A stretch of DNA of 53,581 bases, taken from positions 1 to 53,581 of the forward strand of contig JAVZHX010000005.1 of NCBI GenBank assembly GCA_038871515.1, given 5' to 3'. The notes under the pieces were generated by a model. The model was given only the letters and a program-made list of their open reading frames with translations. It had not been told where the DNA came from and searched no databases. Shown piece after piece: positions 19,806 to 28,964 of this stretch; the first letter of the stretch is position 1, and every line of letters begins with the position of its first letter. The translations under genes were made by a program, and so were the position numbers. The DNA comes from Candidatus Micrarchaeia archaeon. Lineage in GTDB: Archaea > Micrarchaeota > Micrarchaeia > Burarchaeales > Fermentimicrarchaeaceae.

Positions 19806-20378
19806 TTACTCCTCAAACTTAACTTTCACCGGCTCCCTCTCCTTCTCCTCAATCTCAAAGTATTTTCTTGGTGTCTTTCCCATGAAGCCCGCAAACCACA
19901 CTCCAGGTATTGTGGAAATCATGTTGTTATAACTCAGCACAGAGTCATTGTAGAACTGCCTTGCATACGCAATCTTGCTCTCAATTCCATCAAGCTGCTC
20001 CTGTAATAATTTGAAGTTCTCGCTTGCTCTTAATTGAGGATAGTTCTCCGCAAGGGCGAGGATTGTTTTCAATGCTCTTGTCAGTTCACCATGTGCTTTC
20101 ATTTTCTCCTCAACGGTTCCCGCACCCATCATCTTCGCTCTTGCATCAGTCACCATTTTTATTGCATCTTTCTCATGCTTCATATAACCCTTCACTGTTT
20201 CAACAAGGTTTGGCACCAAGTCAGCTCTCTTTTTCAGCTGAACGTCTATCTGGGACCAGGCGTTGTCAATTCTGTTGCTGAGAACAATTATTCTGTTGTA
20301 GTAATAGGCAACAAAAGCAAGAAGCACAAGCACTAACAAAGCAACTATGCAAACCAAACCAAATATCAAATCAACCAT
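19806..20378 (-). CDS. lemA: LemA family protein
   Basis: N-terminal TM, NAWSQIDVQLKKRADLVPNLVETVKGY, AENYPQLRAS. Confidence 0.95.
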   Translation of the reverse strand: MVDLIFGLVCIVALLVLVLLAFVAYYYNRIIVLSNRIDNAWSQIDVQLKKRADLVPNLVETVKGYMKHEKDAIKMVTDARAKMMGAGTVEEKMKAHGELTRALKTILALAENYPQLRASENFKLLQEQLDGIESKIAYARQFYNDSVLSYNNMISTIPGVWFAGFMGKTPRKYFEIEEKEREPVKVKFEE

Positions 20379-20457
20379 ATAGATCACCTTGTTGAATTAT
20401 TGTATGTATCTAAATTTAAATATTGCTATGTTGTTATGTATAAGTAAGGGGTGGTTT

Positions 20458-21900
20458 ATGTACGAGCTTAATGAAATATCAAGTGGGAAATGGGAGATAA
20501 AGAAAGGTGTGAAGGTGGGAATGAGTGTTCCTGTAAGAGTGTACGGAACAAGGGAACTTGCGGAAAGAATGAAAAGAGATAGAACATTTGACCAGGCAAC
20601 CAATGTGGCATGTCTGCCAGGAATAGTCGGCCACTCATTCGTAATGCCCGATGGGCATGAGGGTTATGGTTTCCCGATTGGAGGAGTTGCTGCGTTCAAT
20701 TTTGAGAACGGGATAGTTTCACCTGGCGGGGTAGGATACGATATAAACTGCGGAGTTAGATTGATACTCACAAATCTTTCTGAAGGAGATGTGAAGCCAA
20801 GAATAAAGGAGTTGATGGATAAGTTGTTCAGAAATGTTCCATCAGGCGTTGGAAGCAAAGGTAAGCTGAGTTTGAGCATAAAGGAGTTGGATGATGCGGT
20901 GAGAGAGGGGGCGCAGTGGGCGATTGAGAAAGGCTATGGGTGGAAGGAGGATGCGGAGAGGCAGGAGGAGAATGGGTGCGTGAAGGGAGCAGACCCTTCA
21001 AAGGTGAGCCAGAAAGCAAAAAGCAGGGGAGCACCGCAGTTTGGCACTCTTGGAGCAGGTAATCACTTCCTTGAAGTGCAGAGAGTTGAAAGAATAATGG
21101 ATGAGAGAACTGCAAAAGCATTTGGAATTCAGCATGAGAACCAGGTTGTTGTTATGCTGCACTGCGGTTCAAGGGGTTTTGGGCATCAGGTTTGCGATGA
21201 TTATATACGGGTGATGCTGAATGCTTCAAGGAAGTACGGGATAAAGCTTCCTGACCAGGAGCTTTGCTGCGCTCCTCTCAACTCGCAGGAAGCAAATGAT
21301 TACTTCGGTGCGATGTATTCCGCTGTGAATTATGCATTCTGCAACAGGCAGGTTATGACGCACTGGATAAGGGAAACTTTTGAGGATGTGTTTAAAAGAA
21401 GTGCGGATTCACTTGGCATGAAGGTTGTTTACGATGTGTGCCACAACATAGCGAAGGTTGAGGAGCACGAGTTCAATGGAAAAAAAATGAAGCTGTGCGT
21501 TCATAGAAAAGGAGCAACAAGGGCATTTCCAGCAGGAAGGGAGGAAGTTCCATCAATCTACAGAAGGGTTGGACAGCCAGTTCTTATACCTGGGAGTATG
21601 GGTTCTCCCTCTTACGTGCTTGTTGGGGTGGAGGGAGGGAAGGAGTGCTTCTATTCCACATGCCATGGGGCTGGAAGGATGATGAGCAGGCATGAGGCAA
21701 TAAGAAGGTATAGAGGAAGTGAAGTGAAGCAAAATTTGGAAAGCAGAGGGATACATGTTAGGGCAACTGAGATGGAGTTGATTTCTGAGGAAGCTCCCGG
21801 TGCTTATAAGAATATTGATGAAGTTGTTAACTCAGTTGAGCTTGCCGGAATATCAAAAATAGTTGCAAAGCTCTCTCCTCTTGGAGTTGCGAAGGGTTAG
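20458..21900 (+). CDS. rtcB: tRNA-splicing/RNA repair ligase RtcB
   Basis: MPDGHEGYGFPIGG, GVGYDINCGVR, GAGNHFLE, HCGSRGFGH, HRKGATRAF, CHGAGR, EEAPGAYK. Confidence 0.97.
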   Translation: MYELNEISSGKWEIKKGVKVGMSVPVRVYGTRELAERMKRDRTFDQATNVACLPGIVGHSFVMPDGHEGYGFPIGGVAAFNFENGIVSPGGVGYDINCGVRLILTNLSEGDVKPRIKELMDKLFRNVPSGVGSKGKLSLSIKELDDAVREGAQWAIEKGYGWKEDAERQEENGCVKGADPSKVSQKAKSRGAPQFGTLGAGNHFLEVQRVERIMDERTAKAFGIQHENQVVVMLHCGSRGFGHQVCDDYIRVMLNASRKYGIKLPDQELCCAPLNSQEANDYFGAMYSAVNYAFCNRQVMTHWIRETFEDVFKRSADSLGMKVVYDVCHNIAKVEEHEFNGKKMKLCVHRKGATRAFPAGREEVPSIYRRVGQPVLIPGSMGSPSYVLVGVEGGKECFYSTCHGAGRMMSRHEAIRRYRGSEVKQNLESRGIHVRATEMELISEEAPGAYKNIDEVVNSVELAGISKIVAKLSPLGVAKG

Positions 21901-21901
21901 A

Positions 21902-22786
21902 ATGGAAGACCAGGAAAGAGTTGAGAGGTTTCTGGAGTATTTTAAAAGTCAGCTTGTGAAAGCCTGCCCGAGAAAGATAGATTTTATACTTGTTTTCGGA
22001 AGCGTTGCAAGAGGGGAGTTCAAAGCAGGAGTGAGCGATATTGATATGATAATTCAATGCAAAAGAGAGGAGTTTGTTGAGTTGGTTGAAAGGAATGCAA
22101 CAAGAATATTCTGGGAGGCGGATAAGAAGTTTGAAACAAAGTTCTGTGAGGTTTGCTCAACTGCAAGAGGGAGAAGGGAAAGCGAGATAAAGGGTATTGA
22201 AAAAGAGCTGAGGTTGTATAAACCATTTGAGGTTGTTGGGCCAAATGACATTGATTGGAGAAAGGGAAGCATAAACCACCCTGGCTTGGCTTGGTGGAGC
22301 TTCTTCATTCCAAAGTATTTGATGGCAAGAAAAATAAAGTATGAAGGAAAGGTTATTTACGGAAGAGATATAAGAAAGGAAATTGAGGTGAGGAATGATT
22401 TTCTTGACAGAGTTAAGGGTTTGTTCATCCCTCAAATTCTGTCTCTTCTCTCCCTTCCCCTTCTGCTTATTTCATTTGATAAAGCTATAAAGTATTCAAC
22501 AAAAGCAGCTTTCTATTCAGTTGAAAACCAGCTGTATTTTTTGGAAGCTGAGTTTGGAAGCACCGATGCAAATGTTAAAAAACTACGAAAGAAGCTTGGG
22601 GATGTTTTCAGCGTTAGATTTATGGATGAGGCAAGAAGGGTGAAGTATGATTTTGAGGATGTGAGGAGGGATTGGACGAAATTGGATAAGGTGCTGTACT
22701 GCATAGATGCAATTATTTTTGTTTTCTACTTAAACTGGGCTGTTTTCATAAAATACATAATTATGAGGTTTCTTCATTTATGGTGA
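21902..22786 (+). CDS. Pol-beta superfamily (MNT-like) nucleotidyltransferase with long helical/hydrophobic C-terminal extension
   Basis: LVFGSVARGE...SDIDMII motif; starts 1 nt after the rtcB stop. Confidence 0.8.
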   Translation: MEDQERVERFLEYFKSQLVKACPRKIDFILVFGSVARGEFKAGVSDIDMIIQCKREEFVELVERNATRIFWEADKKFETKFCEVCSTARGRRESEIKGIEKELRLYKPFEVVGPNDIDWRKGSINHPGLAWWSFFIPKYLMARKIKYEGKVIYGRDIRKEIEVRNDFLDRVKGLFIPQILSLLSLPLLLISFDKAIKYSTKAAFYSVENQLYFLEAEFGSTDANVKKLRKKLGDVFSVRFMDEARRVKYDFEDVRRDWTKLDKVLYCIDAIIFVFYLNWAVFIKYIIMRFLHLW

Positions 22787-22790
22787 TTTT

Positions 22791-23045
22791 TTGGTTTGCT
22801 GGCTGAAGTTTCTTAAAAAGGTTTCAGAAATGTTGAGGGAAGAGGAACCAAATCTATATAGGAGAAAACAGCTTGCGATATCTGTTTTGAAGGAGTTGGA
22901 GAGGGAGAAGGGGCATGATGAGAAGGCAATTAAAAATGCGATAGAAAAGGAAGGGAAGGAGGGAATTTTGAGGAGAGTGAGAAGAAGGAAGAGGAGAGCG
23001 GTGGAAGAGGAAGGCGAAGTGGCGGTTGCTGAGGTTTATTCATAG
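22791..23045 (+). CDS. Small charged hypothetical protein
   Basis: TTG start after GGTGA; Arg-rich RRVRRRKRR patch followed by an acidic tail. Confidence 0.55.
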   Translation: MVCWLKFLKKVSEMLREEEPNLYRRKQLAISVLKELEREKGHDEKAIKNAIEKEGKEGILRRVRRRKRRAVEEEGEVAVAEVYS

Positions 23046-23509
23046 CGGGCTGTTATGCTCCCCACAACTAGATGGGGGACACCTGTGTCGTTTTCAACAT
23101 AGTAAATTAACAGCTTTCCTCTGTATGTTGAACCAAAACTGCCCTCAGCAACGCTTCCATCCTCATTTAAGCACTGCACGTTTGTTCCATTTGCAACAAG
23201 CTCGTGATCATCGTTCTTTATGAAAACATACACGCTTGTGAGAGTTGGGTTTGTTTCAACAAATGCTTTTGTGCAGTTCACCCCCCGCACAATTATGGGG
23301 TGGTTGGTGTTCTGATATAAATCCAACGTGAGGTTTCCGTCTGTTGTGAGCTTCCATGCCCTGCAGACAAAGTTTGCAGGAAAGACGCATGAGGGAGGTG
23401 AAGGAGGTGTTAGGAAGTTCATGTAGATGAGAATACCGAGCACGATGATTAATATGAGTAGCATCCATCCATACGTTGTAACAAATTCAAGAGCTGCCTG
23501 TCCTCTCAT
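23036..23509 (-). CDS. Type IV pilin-like protein (class III signal peptide)
   Basis: MRG|QAALEFVTTYGW plus hydrophobic helix; CxFPxxFxC motif. Confidence 0.85.
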   Translation of the reverse strand: MRGQAALEFVTTYGWMLLILIIVLGILIYMNFLTPPSPPSCVFPANFVCRAWKLTTDGNLTLDLYQNTNHPIIVRGVNCTKAFVETNPTLTSVYVFIKNDDHELVANGTNVQCLNEDGSVAEGSFGSTYRGKLLIYYVENDTGVPHLVVGSITARYE

Positions 23510-23569
23510 GCAGTCACCAGAAAGTTATAATAGATGAGTGGTATTAAAGCTTATGTATTTGGTGTCTCT

Positions 23570-24082
23570 ATGATACTTTCAGATAGGGATATACGAAATT
23601 ATTTGAAGCGTGGCGTGATAAAAATAACTCCGGCTCCAAAAGAGGAACAGATAGGGCCTGCTTCTGTTGATTTAACTTTAAGCAACCAGTTCTGGAAGCC
23701 GAAGGATGGAATAAGAAAACTGGATTTGTTGGAGGTTGGTTTTAAGGATGCAACAGAGCCTTTCACTGCAGAGAGGGTTGAGCTGAAACCAGGTGAAATG
23801 GTGCTTGGTAAAACGCTTGAAAAAATTGAGCTTCCTGCAAACATTGCGGGAAGGTTGGAGGGGAGGAGCAGCTTTGCGAGGTTGGGGCTTGCTGTTCATG
23901 TGACAAGCAGCTTCATACAACCAGGTTCAAAAAATCACCAAGTGCTTGAGATAGTGAATTTATCTAAAAAAACAATTATTATAAAAGCTGGTATGAGGGT
24001 AAGCCAAGTTGTGTTTGAGGAGATGAAAAGCAAGACAAGCAAACCATATGCAAAATTCGGTAGGGTTGCTGTTAATCAGTGA
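23570..24082 (+). CDS. dcd: dCTP deaminase
   Basis: MILSDRDI, QIGPASVDLTL, LEGRSSFARLGL, LEIVN. Confidence 0.92.
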   Translation: MILSDRDIRNYLKRGVIKITPAPKEEQIGPASVDLTLSNQFWKPKDGIRKLDLLEVGFKDATEPFTAERVELKPGEMVLGKTLEKIELPANIAGRLEGRSSFARLGLAVHVTSSFIQPGSKNHQVLEIVNLSKKTIIIKAGMRVSQVVFEEMKSKTSKPYAKFGRVAVNQ

Positions 24083-24087
24083 ATAAC

Positions 24088-24095
24088 TTTATATA
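24088..24095 (+). promoter_or_regulatory. TATA box of probable leaderless promoter for giant adhesin A1
   Basis: TTTATATA starting 32 nt upstream of ATG 24120; no SD. Confidence 0.5.
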
Positions 24096-24119
24096 GAGTA
24101 AATTTATATAAACAAACTT

Positions 24120-24691
24120 ATGGCTGGTAAAGCTCAAACTGCAATAGAGCTGCTCACTGTTTACGGGTGGGTTATCCTCCTTATCCTTGTTGTTCTTGTA
24201 ATTGCTTACTACTCAGGTTACCTTGATTTGGGGCAGGTGCTTCCAACACAGTGCACAATAACGCCAACAATGGGCTGCAGAAGCTACAGGTTTGGCTACA
24301 CGCCTGATGGACAGAGGATGGTGCTTGTTTACAGAGTAGTTAATGGATTGGGTTATGATATTCAGTTCTCAAACGACGCAGTTACTTTATACGTTGAAAA
24401 CGTTGGAAAGTTTGGCAAGAGAGAATACAACGGAACCTGTTACCCTATCTCTTATTCAATAAAGCCAGGAACACCTCTTTCATGCATTGTTTTCATAGAT
24501 GACAGTGAAGTTGTTCCATCAATAGGGAAGAATCTTGAGTTTAAGCTTTCAATAAGATACAGGAACTGCAATGCACTGCCTGATTACCCAAAAACAGGGA
24601 ACTGCACAGGCGCTCCTGAGTATACTGTAACTGGTGTGATAAGAACCCAGATGGAGCCTCCTGCTCCAAGCTTGTATGCATGCGGGGATGA
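24120..24691 (+). repeat. 572-bp exact direct repeat, copy 1 (copy 2 at 29850-30421)
   Basis: Line-by-line comparison shows identity from the ATG to the first mismatch at 24692/30422; near-identity continues for about 95 bp. Confidence 0.92.
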
Positions 24692-27600
24692 AATATGTGA
24701 TTACGTTTTGGGTGAGAACCCAACAAACTGCTGCAATGACTGCCCTGTTGAGCGTTTGACTTTGACTGCAAACCCGAATCCTGTTGAGCAATTCTGGGAT
24801 ACTCAGCTGACCGCAACTGCTTTTTATCCAGATGGAACATTTGCAGAGGGTGCAACAGTTACATTTGACAGAACTGATGGGTGGAAGGATACGGATTTGC
24901 TGACCATCGCGGATCCTGTTAGGAATACAAGCATAACAAATTCAAGCGGTCAGGCAATTGCATATTACAGCTCGCAGGTTGCGGGGGATGTGATACTTAA
25001 CGCATCAACATGCGGGCCAAATGCAACAGCAAAAGTGGTTGTTCAGGTTAACACCACACCACCGAACGGGAGCATAATTTTCAGCTGGTTCCCATTGTTT
25101 GTTTCAGTAGGTGATCACTACGAAGTAAACGCAACGGTGTATAACACAAGTGGCGATCCTGTCCCATCGCTTGAAGTTGTCTTTAGAGCCGACCCAGATT
25201 CACTCGTTGAACCACTTCAAACAATAACTGACTGGCAGGGCATAGCATACGCGAACTTTTCATCAGATATTGTGCATGTGGGGCGCCTCATAGCCAGAGC
25301 TGCACCGCCAATCAGGGTGTGGAATTCCACCAACCTTGGCTTTATTCCATCAGCTGGAACACTTGTGCTTAACAACGATGGACCCCAGTATCTCAGCAGC
25401 GAGGGGAGGATTGGTGTAAGCGGTTGCCTTTATAATATAAATAATGAACCAGTTAGCGGTGCATCCATAAAACTTAAAGTTGAAAGCGGTGATGGATATT
25501 TCATTGGAGAGGTTGGGACTCCAAAACTATCTTCCCTAACCACTTTCCAGACAAAGAGGCCACTTCTACTTTCAAATGCAAGAGCAAAAAATGTTGGTTA
25601 TGAAACTTTTGGTTACAACAGCTTCTACGATATCGCAGACCCAGTTGAGTTTGATGCTTACGCTGGTAAATTTGTGAAAATTTATATGACAGACAGCGTG
25701 AGTAGCGAGCAGAGGGCGAGGACAATTGCGGATTATATTAAATTGAGGTACCCAAATGCTGGCACAGAGGAAGGCAGAACAATTTACATATTCTACAATT
25801 CAAGTTACTCTTCTTCATGGGTGAACAGCAAAAACCTATACAACAACCTAATGAAGTATCTCGGCTCGCCTCCTGAGGGGATAGGAGCGCTCAGCGCAAA
25901 CAGCACAGTAAGTGATCCATACCTTCTCAGAGAGATAATGCTCAACCACTCAAACAAATCAATAATAATTTCAGCGCACAGCATTCTTCCAGAAGAAGTC
26001 TTCAACTGCAGCGCAAGCAATGACAAAGATCTAGTGCTTGTCCCACGCGTTTTCTTTGAGAGAGGCGGAGTTCAAATTCATACTGGTGATTGGGAGTTTT
26101 ACTATGGCGCCAGAGCGGATGGTGGTTATAGGTACTGTTACTCAAACGGAGCGGTAAATGTATTTGGTTGGCAAAGCGCTGCTTCCTACACTAATTACGC
26201 AATGTACCCTGTTATAATGAACGACACCGCAAACGCAACAACTGATTTCAATGGTTGTTTCAGTCCCGCAAGCGCTAACACGTATCTCTACTCCACAGTC
26301 CCAACAAGCGTGAGCGTAAAGGGAAGTTTCACACCCGAAAGCTATTCCTCAATAGTCAACTCCACAAACGCGGTATTTGAGATGAGGGAGAAAAAGTGCT
26401 CGGATGGAAGCGAGAATAATACGTGTTCTGGCTGGAAGTATTGTGTTAACGGTTATTTGGCTAACAGATGCGATATTTGCACTCCCTGCCCCCCCAATAT
26501 GATTTGTTATAATGCTTCTGGTGAATGCCTTCAGCTACCAGGAGCAATACTTTTATACGTTAAAACATTCAACGGAACTGGCACTCAGCTTCCAAATGAT
26601 GGTTACACAAAATTGCAGGTTATCGCACAGGTGGTAAATCAATCAGGGAGTAGATTGAATAATGTGAAAGTTGAGTGGGAGAGCGAGGGAGTGCTTATTG
26701 ATTCAATTCTCTGCAGCACAACAAGTTATGACTGCGGTGATTACTCAGCTCAGCCTTCTCCATCAGACCCAAGGGCTGCTGTCTATGTGATTTCAAACGG
26801 AAGCTGGACTGGAGTTGCAAATGTAACTGCGAAGGTGAGAATTGGTGGAATTTATGTGACGAACACCACAAATATAACTGTTTACGAAGCGGATATGAAA
26901 GTTGGGAGGCAGAGGTGGAGGGAAGTCACCACCACATTACTTCCTGCCGATAATTATACAAACTCAACAATATGTCTCTCAACTTTCAGCATGAATGACA
27001 GCGCGCTGGGACGCACTCCCGTTTGCTTTGAAACAACGCTAGGGACTTTTGGAAACAATCAAGCAGTGGAGTGTTTGCTAACAAACGAGTATGGCAAAGT
27101 GTGCGATAAACTTAAATCTGATACGCCGGGCATTGCAAACGTAACAATAAAAATTCAAAATCAAACAGAAAGTGGACCCGTTAATCTGACGTATTATTTG
27201 TATAGAAATGTAAGTTTCTATGAAATACCAAGTTATATTGAAATAAATGCAACTCCCAATCCCGCCCCGCCGTGCATTGGCTCAGGTGGTGCACCATGCA
27301 GAGCAGCTTCCAGTGTAGTAATAAATGCAATTTTTAGAAATTCAAGAGGGGAGCCTGTTGCCGGTTTGCCTTATGTTTATTTCTACCAACCAGATGGATT
27401 GGTGAATTACTGGAGAGGTTACGTTGACCCATGGTGGTATGCTGCAGTTTGGGGAATTCTTAAACCATCTTACGCTGGTTCAACTTTTGAGTGTCGTTAT
27501 AGTGCGTATACAAATGGAACGTGCAGCACTTACACGAGGAGTGACGGGTCTGCTTACTCAAACCTCAGCCCAGTGTATCCACCAGGAGTCTATCAAGTTG

Positions 27601-28964
27601 AGGTGAGCACATGGTATAGGTGTAGTGGAGAGCCATTCTCACCTTTGAACTGTCTCTCATCTGTTTCAAATGTCACAACACTCAATGTATCCCCAACACC
27701 CTACACGATAATTATAGATTCTCCAACCCGAGCTATCAAACCAGATGGAACGGATAATCTAAATGTGAGCTTCACAATATATGACGGCAATGGAGCACCT
27801 GTTCCATACGTATTCTATAGAGCATGGATAACCCCAATCATCGCAAACAGCCCAAGTTATACAATTGATGAGGGCGATACTTACAAGTACTACACAAATG
27901 CAACCGGACGAGGGGTTGTGAAAAATATAAAGGGAAACGTAACTGGGAATTTTACTTTAACCATTTCCTCTTACTACTTTAATTCGAGTTGGGTTACGGT
28001 TTCTAATAGCACAAATATAACATTTGGTCCACCAATTGGGGTTTTGGAGGTGGATGCCTACCCACAAACTGCATATGCAGATGGAGTTTTCAGCTCGGAT
28101 ATAGTGATCACTGCAAAGGATTCGGAAGGTAATCCAATGAGGAGTACGCTAGTGAACATAACCCCACCAACATTTGGTATGTTGAGCTGTTGCGGGGAAG
28201 GATGCGGTTGTTACAATCTTGCAACAGATTCAAACGGCCAAGTTAGAACATCTATTAAAGCAACAACTGTTGGTGACTGCAACATATCTGCTTATATTCT
28301 CTATTCAAATGGAACAGAAAGCGTCAGATTTTCCAATTCAACTAACGTTACGTTCAACGAACCACCGAGCAAATCTTCCTTAAGCGCCAACACTACAAAT
28401 ATATCAAACGATGGAGTTGATAGAGCAGCGATAACCGTGCTCTTCACAGATGCCAACAACAATCCCACCCCCGGGTTACCTGTGAAATGCAATGTAAGCA
28501 CGGATGCAGTTTTCTTCCCAACAGCTGGTTTGGTGACAGACAGTGAAGGTAAAGTTCACGTAAACCTGTCTGCCACTGAAAACCCTGCAACAATTATGTG
28601 CTGGTATGTTGGAGGAGCGGGGAGTTTACTGGTTGCATCGCTGGATATAAGCGTTAGCAAACTTCAGCAACCAGATAAGGTTAGGGTAAATGTTACTGGT
28701 CCTTCCCAAGGAGTTGCTGGCTCTTATGTTGAGCTGGTTGCGAATGTCACAAATTCAAGTAATGGTCAGCCCCAAGTTAACACGCCAATATCGTTTGAAA
28801 CAAGTTATGGGGGGATTTTTGAAGGTGGTTTGTATAAGGTGGAAGCAGTTACAAATTCAAGTGGTTTAGCTGCTGTGAATGTTACGGCAATGGGCCCAGG
28901 CGATATATTTGTGAAAGCAAATGTAAGTGACGATTTTGGAGTCAAAATGGTTAAGTATGCTTGA
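24120..28964 (+). CDS. Giant pilin-anchored adhesin A1 (class III signal peptide, pilin-like domain, Cys knuckle, multiple Big-1/invasin-like Ig domains)
   Basis: MAGKA|QTAIELLTVYGW; CGDEICDYVLGENPTNCCNDC; repeated T[ND]xxG.A...G...v.A Ig motifs; many NxS/T sequons; no C-terminal TM. Confidence 0.8.
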   Translation: MAGKAQTAIELLTVYGWVILLILVVLVIAYYSGYLDLGQVLPTQCTITPTMGCRSYRFGYTPDGQRMVLVYRVVNGLGYDIQFSNDAVTLYVENVGKFGKREYNGTCYPISYSIKPGTPLSCIVFIDDSEVVPSIGKNLEFKLSIRYRNCNALPDYPKTGNCTGAPEYTVTGVIRTQMEPPAPSLYACGDEICDYVLGENPTNCCNDCPVERLTLTANPNPVEQFWDTQLTATAFYPDGTFAEGATVTFDRTDGWKDTDLLTIADPVRNTSITNSSGQAIAYYSSQVAGDVILNASTCGPNATAKVVVQVNTTPPNGSIIFSWFPLFVSVGDHYEVNATVYNTSGDPVPSLEVVFRADPDSLVEPLQTITDWQGIAYANFSSDIVHVGRLIARAAPPIRVWNSTNLGFIPSAGTLVLNNDGPQYLSSEGRIGVSGCLYNINNEPVSGASIKLKVESGDGYFIGEVGTPKLSSLTTFQTKRPLLLSNARAKNVGYETFGYNSFYDIADPVEFDAYAGKFVKIYMTDSVSSEQRARTIADYIKLRYPNAGTEEGRTIYIFYNSSYSSSWVNSKNLYNNLMKYLGSPPEGIGALSANSTVSDPYLLREIMLNHSNKSIIISAHSILPEEVFNCSASNDKDLVLVPRVFFERGGVQIHTGDWEFYYGARADGGYRYCYSNGAVNVFGWQSAASYTNYAMYPVIMNDTANATTDFNGCFSPASANTYLYSTVPTSVSVKGSFTPESYSSIVNSTNAVFEMREKKCSDGSENNTCSGWKYCVNGYLANRCDICTPCPPNMICYNASGECLQLPGAILLYVKTFNGTGTQLPNDGYTKLQVIAQVVNQSGSRLNNVKVEWESEGVLIDSILCSTTSYDCGDYSAQPSPSDPRAAVYVISNGSWTGVANVTAKVRIGGIYVTNTTNITVYEADMKVGRQRWREVTTTLLPADNYTNSTICLSTFSMNDSALGRTPVCFETTLGTFGNNQAVECLLTNEYGKVCDKLKSDTPGIANVTIKIQNQTESGPVNLTYYLYRNVSFYEIPSYIEINATPNPAPPCIGSGGAPCRAASSVVINAIFRNSRGEPVAGLPYVYFYQPDGLVNYWRGYVDPWWYAAVWGILKPSYAGSTFECRYSAYTNGTCSTYTRSDGSAYSNLSPVYPPGVYQVEVSTWYRCSGEPFSPLNCLSSVSNVTTLNVSPTPYTIIIDSPTRAIKPDGTDNLNVSFTIYDGNGAPVPYVFYRAWITPIIANSPSYTIDEGDTYKYYTNATGRGVVKNIKGNVTGNFTLTISSYYFNSSWVTVSNSTNITFGPPIGVLEVDAYPQTAYADGVFSSDIVITAKDSEGNPMRSTLVNITPPTFGMLSCCGEGCGCYNLATDSNGQVRTSIKATTVGDCNISAYILYSNGTESVRFSNSTNVTFNEPPSKSSLSANTTNISNDGVDRAAITVLFTDANNNPTPGLPVKCNVSTDAVFFPTAGLVTDSEGKVHVNLSATENPATIMCWYVGGAGSLLVASLDISVSKLQQPDKVRVNVTGPSQGVAGSYVELVANVTNSSNGQPQVNTPISFETSYGGIFEGGLYKVEAVTNSSGLAAVNVTAMGPGDIFVKANVSDDFGVKMVKYA
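26564..26845 (+). repeat. Two internal identity patches shared with A2
   Basis: 26564-26632 = 32303-32371 (69 bp exact); 26726-26845 vs 32465-32584 (120 bp, 2 mismatches). Confidence 0.88.

Noticed and set aside
20458..21900. Intein in RtcB
   Set aside because: The length (~480 aa) and contiguous motifs leave no room for an insertion.
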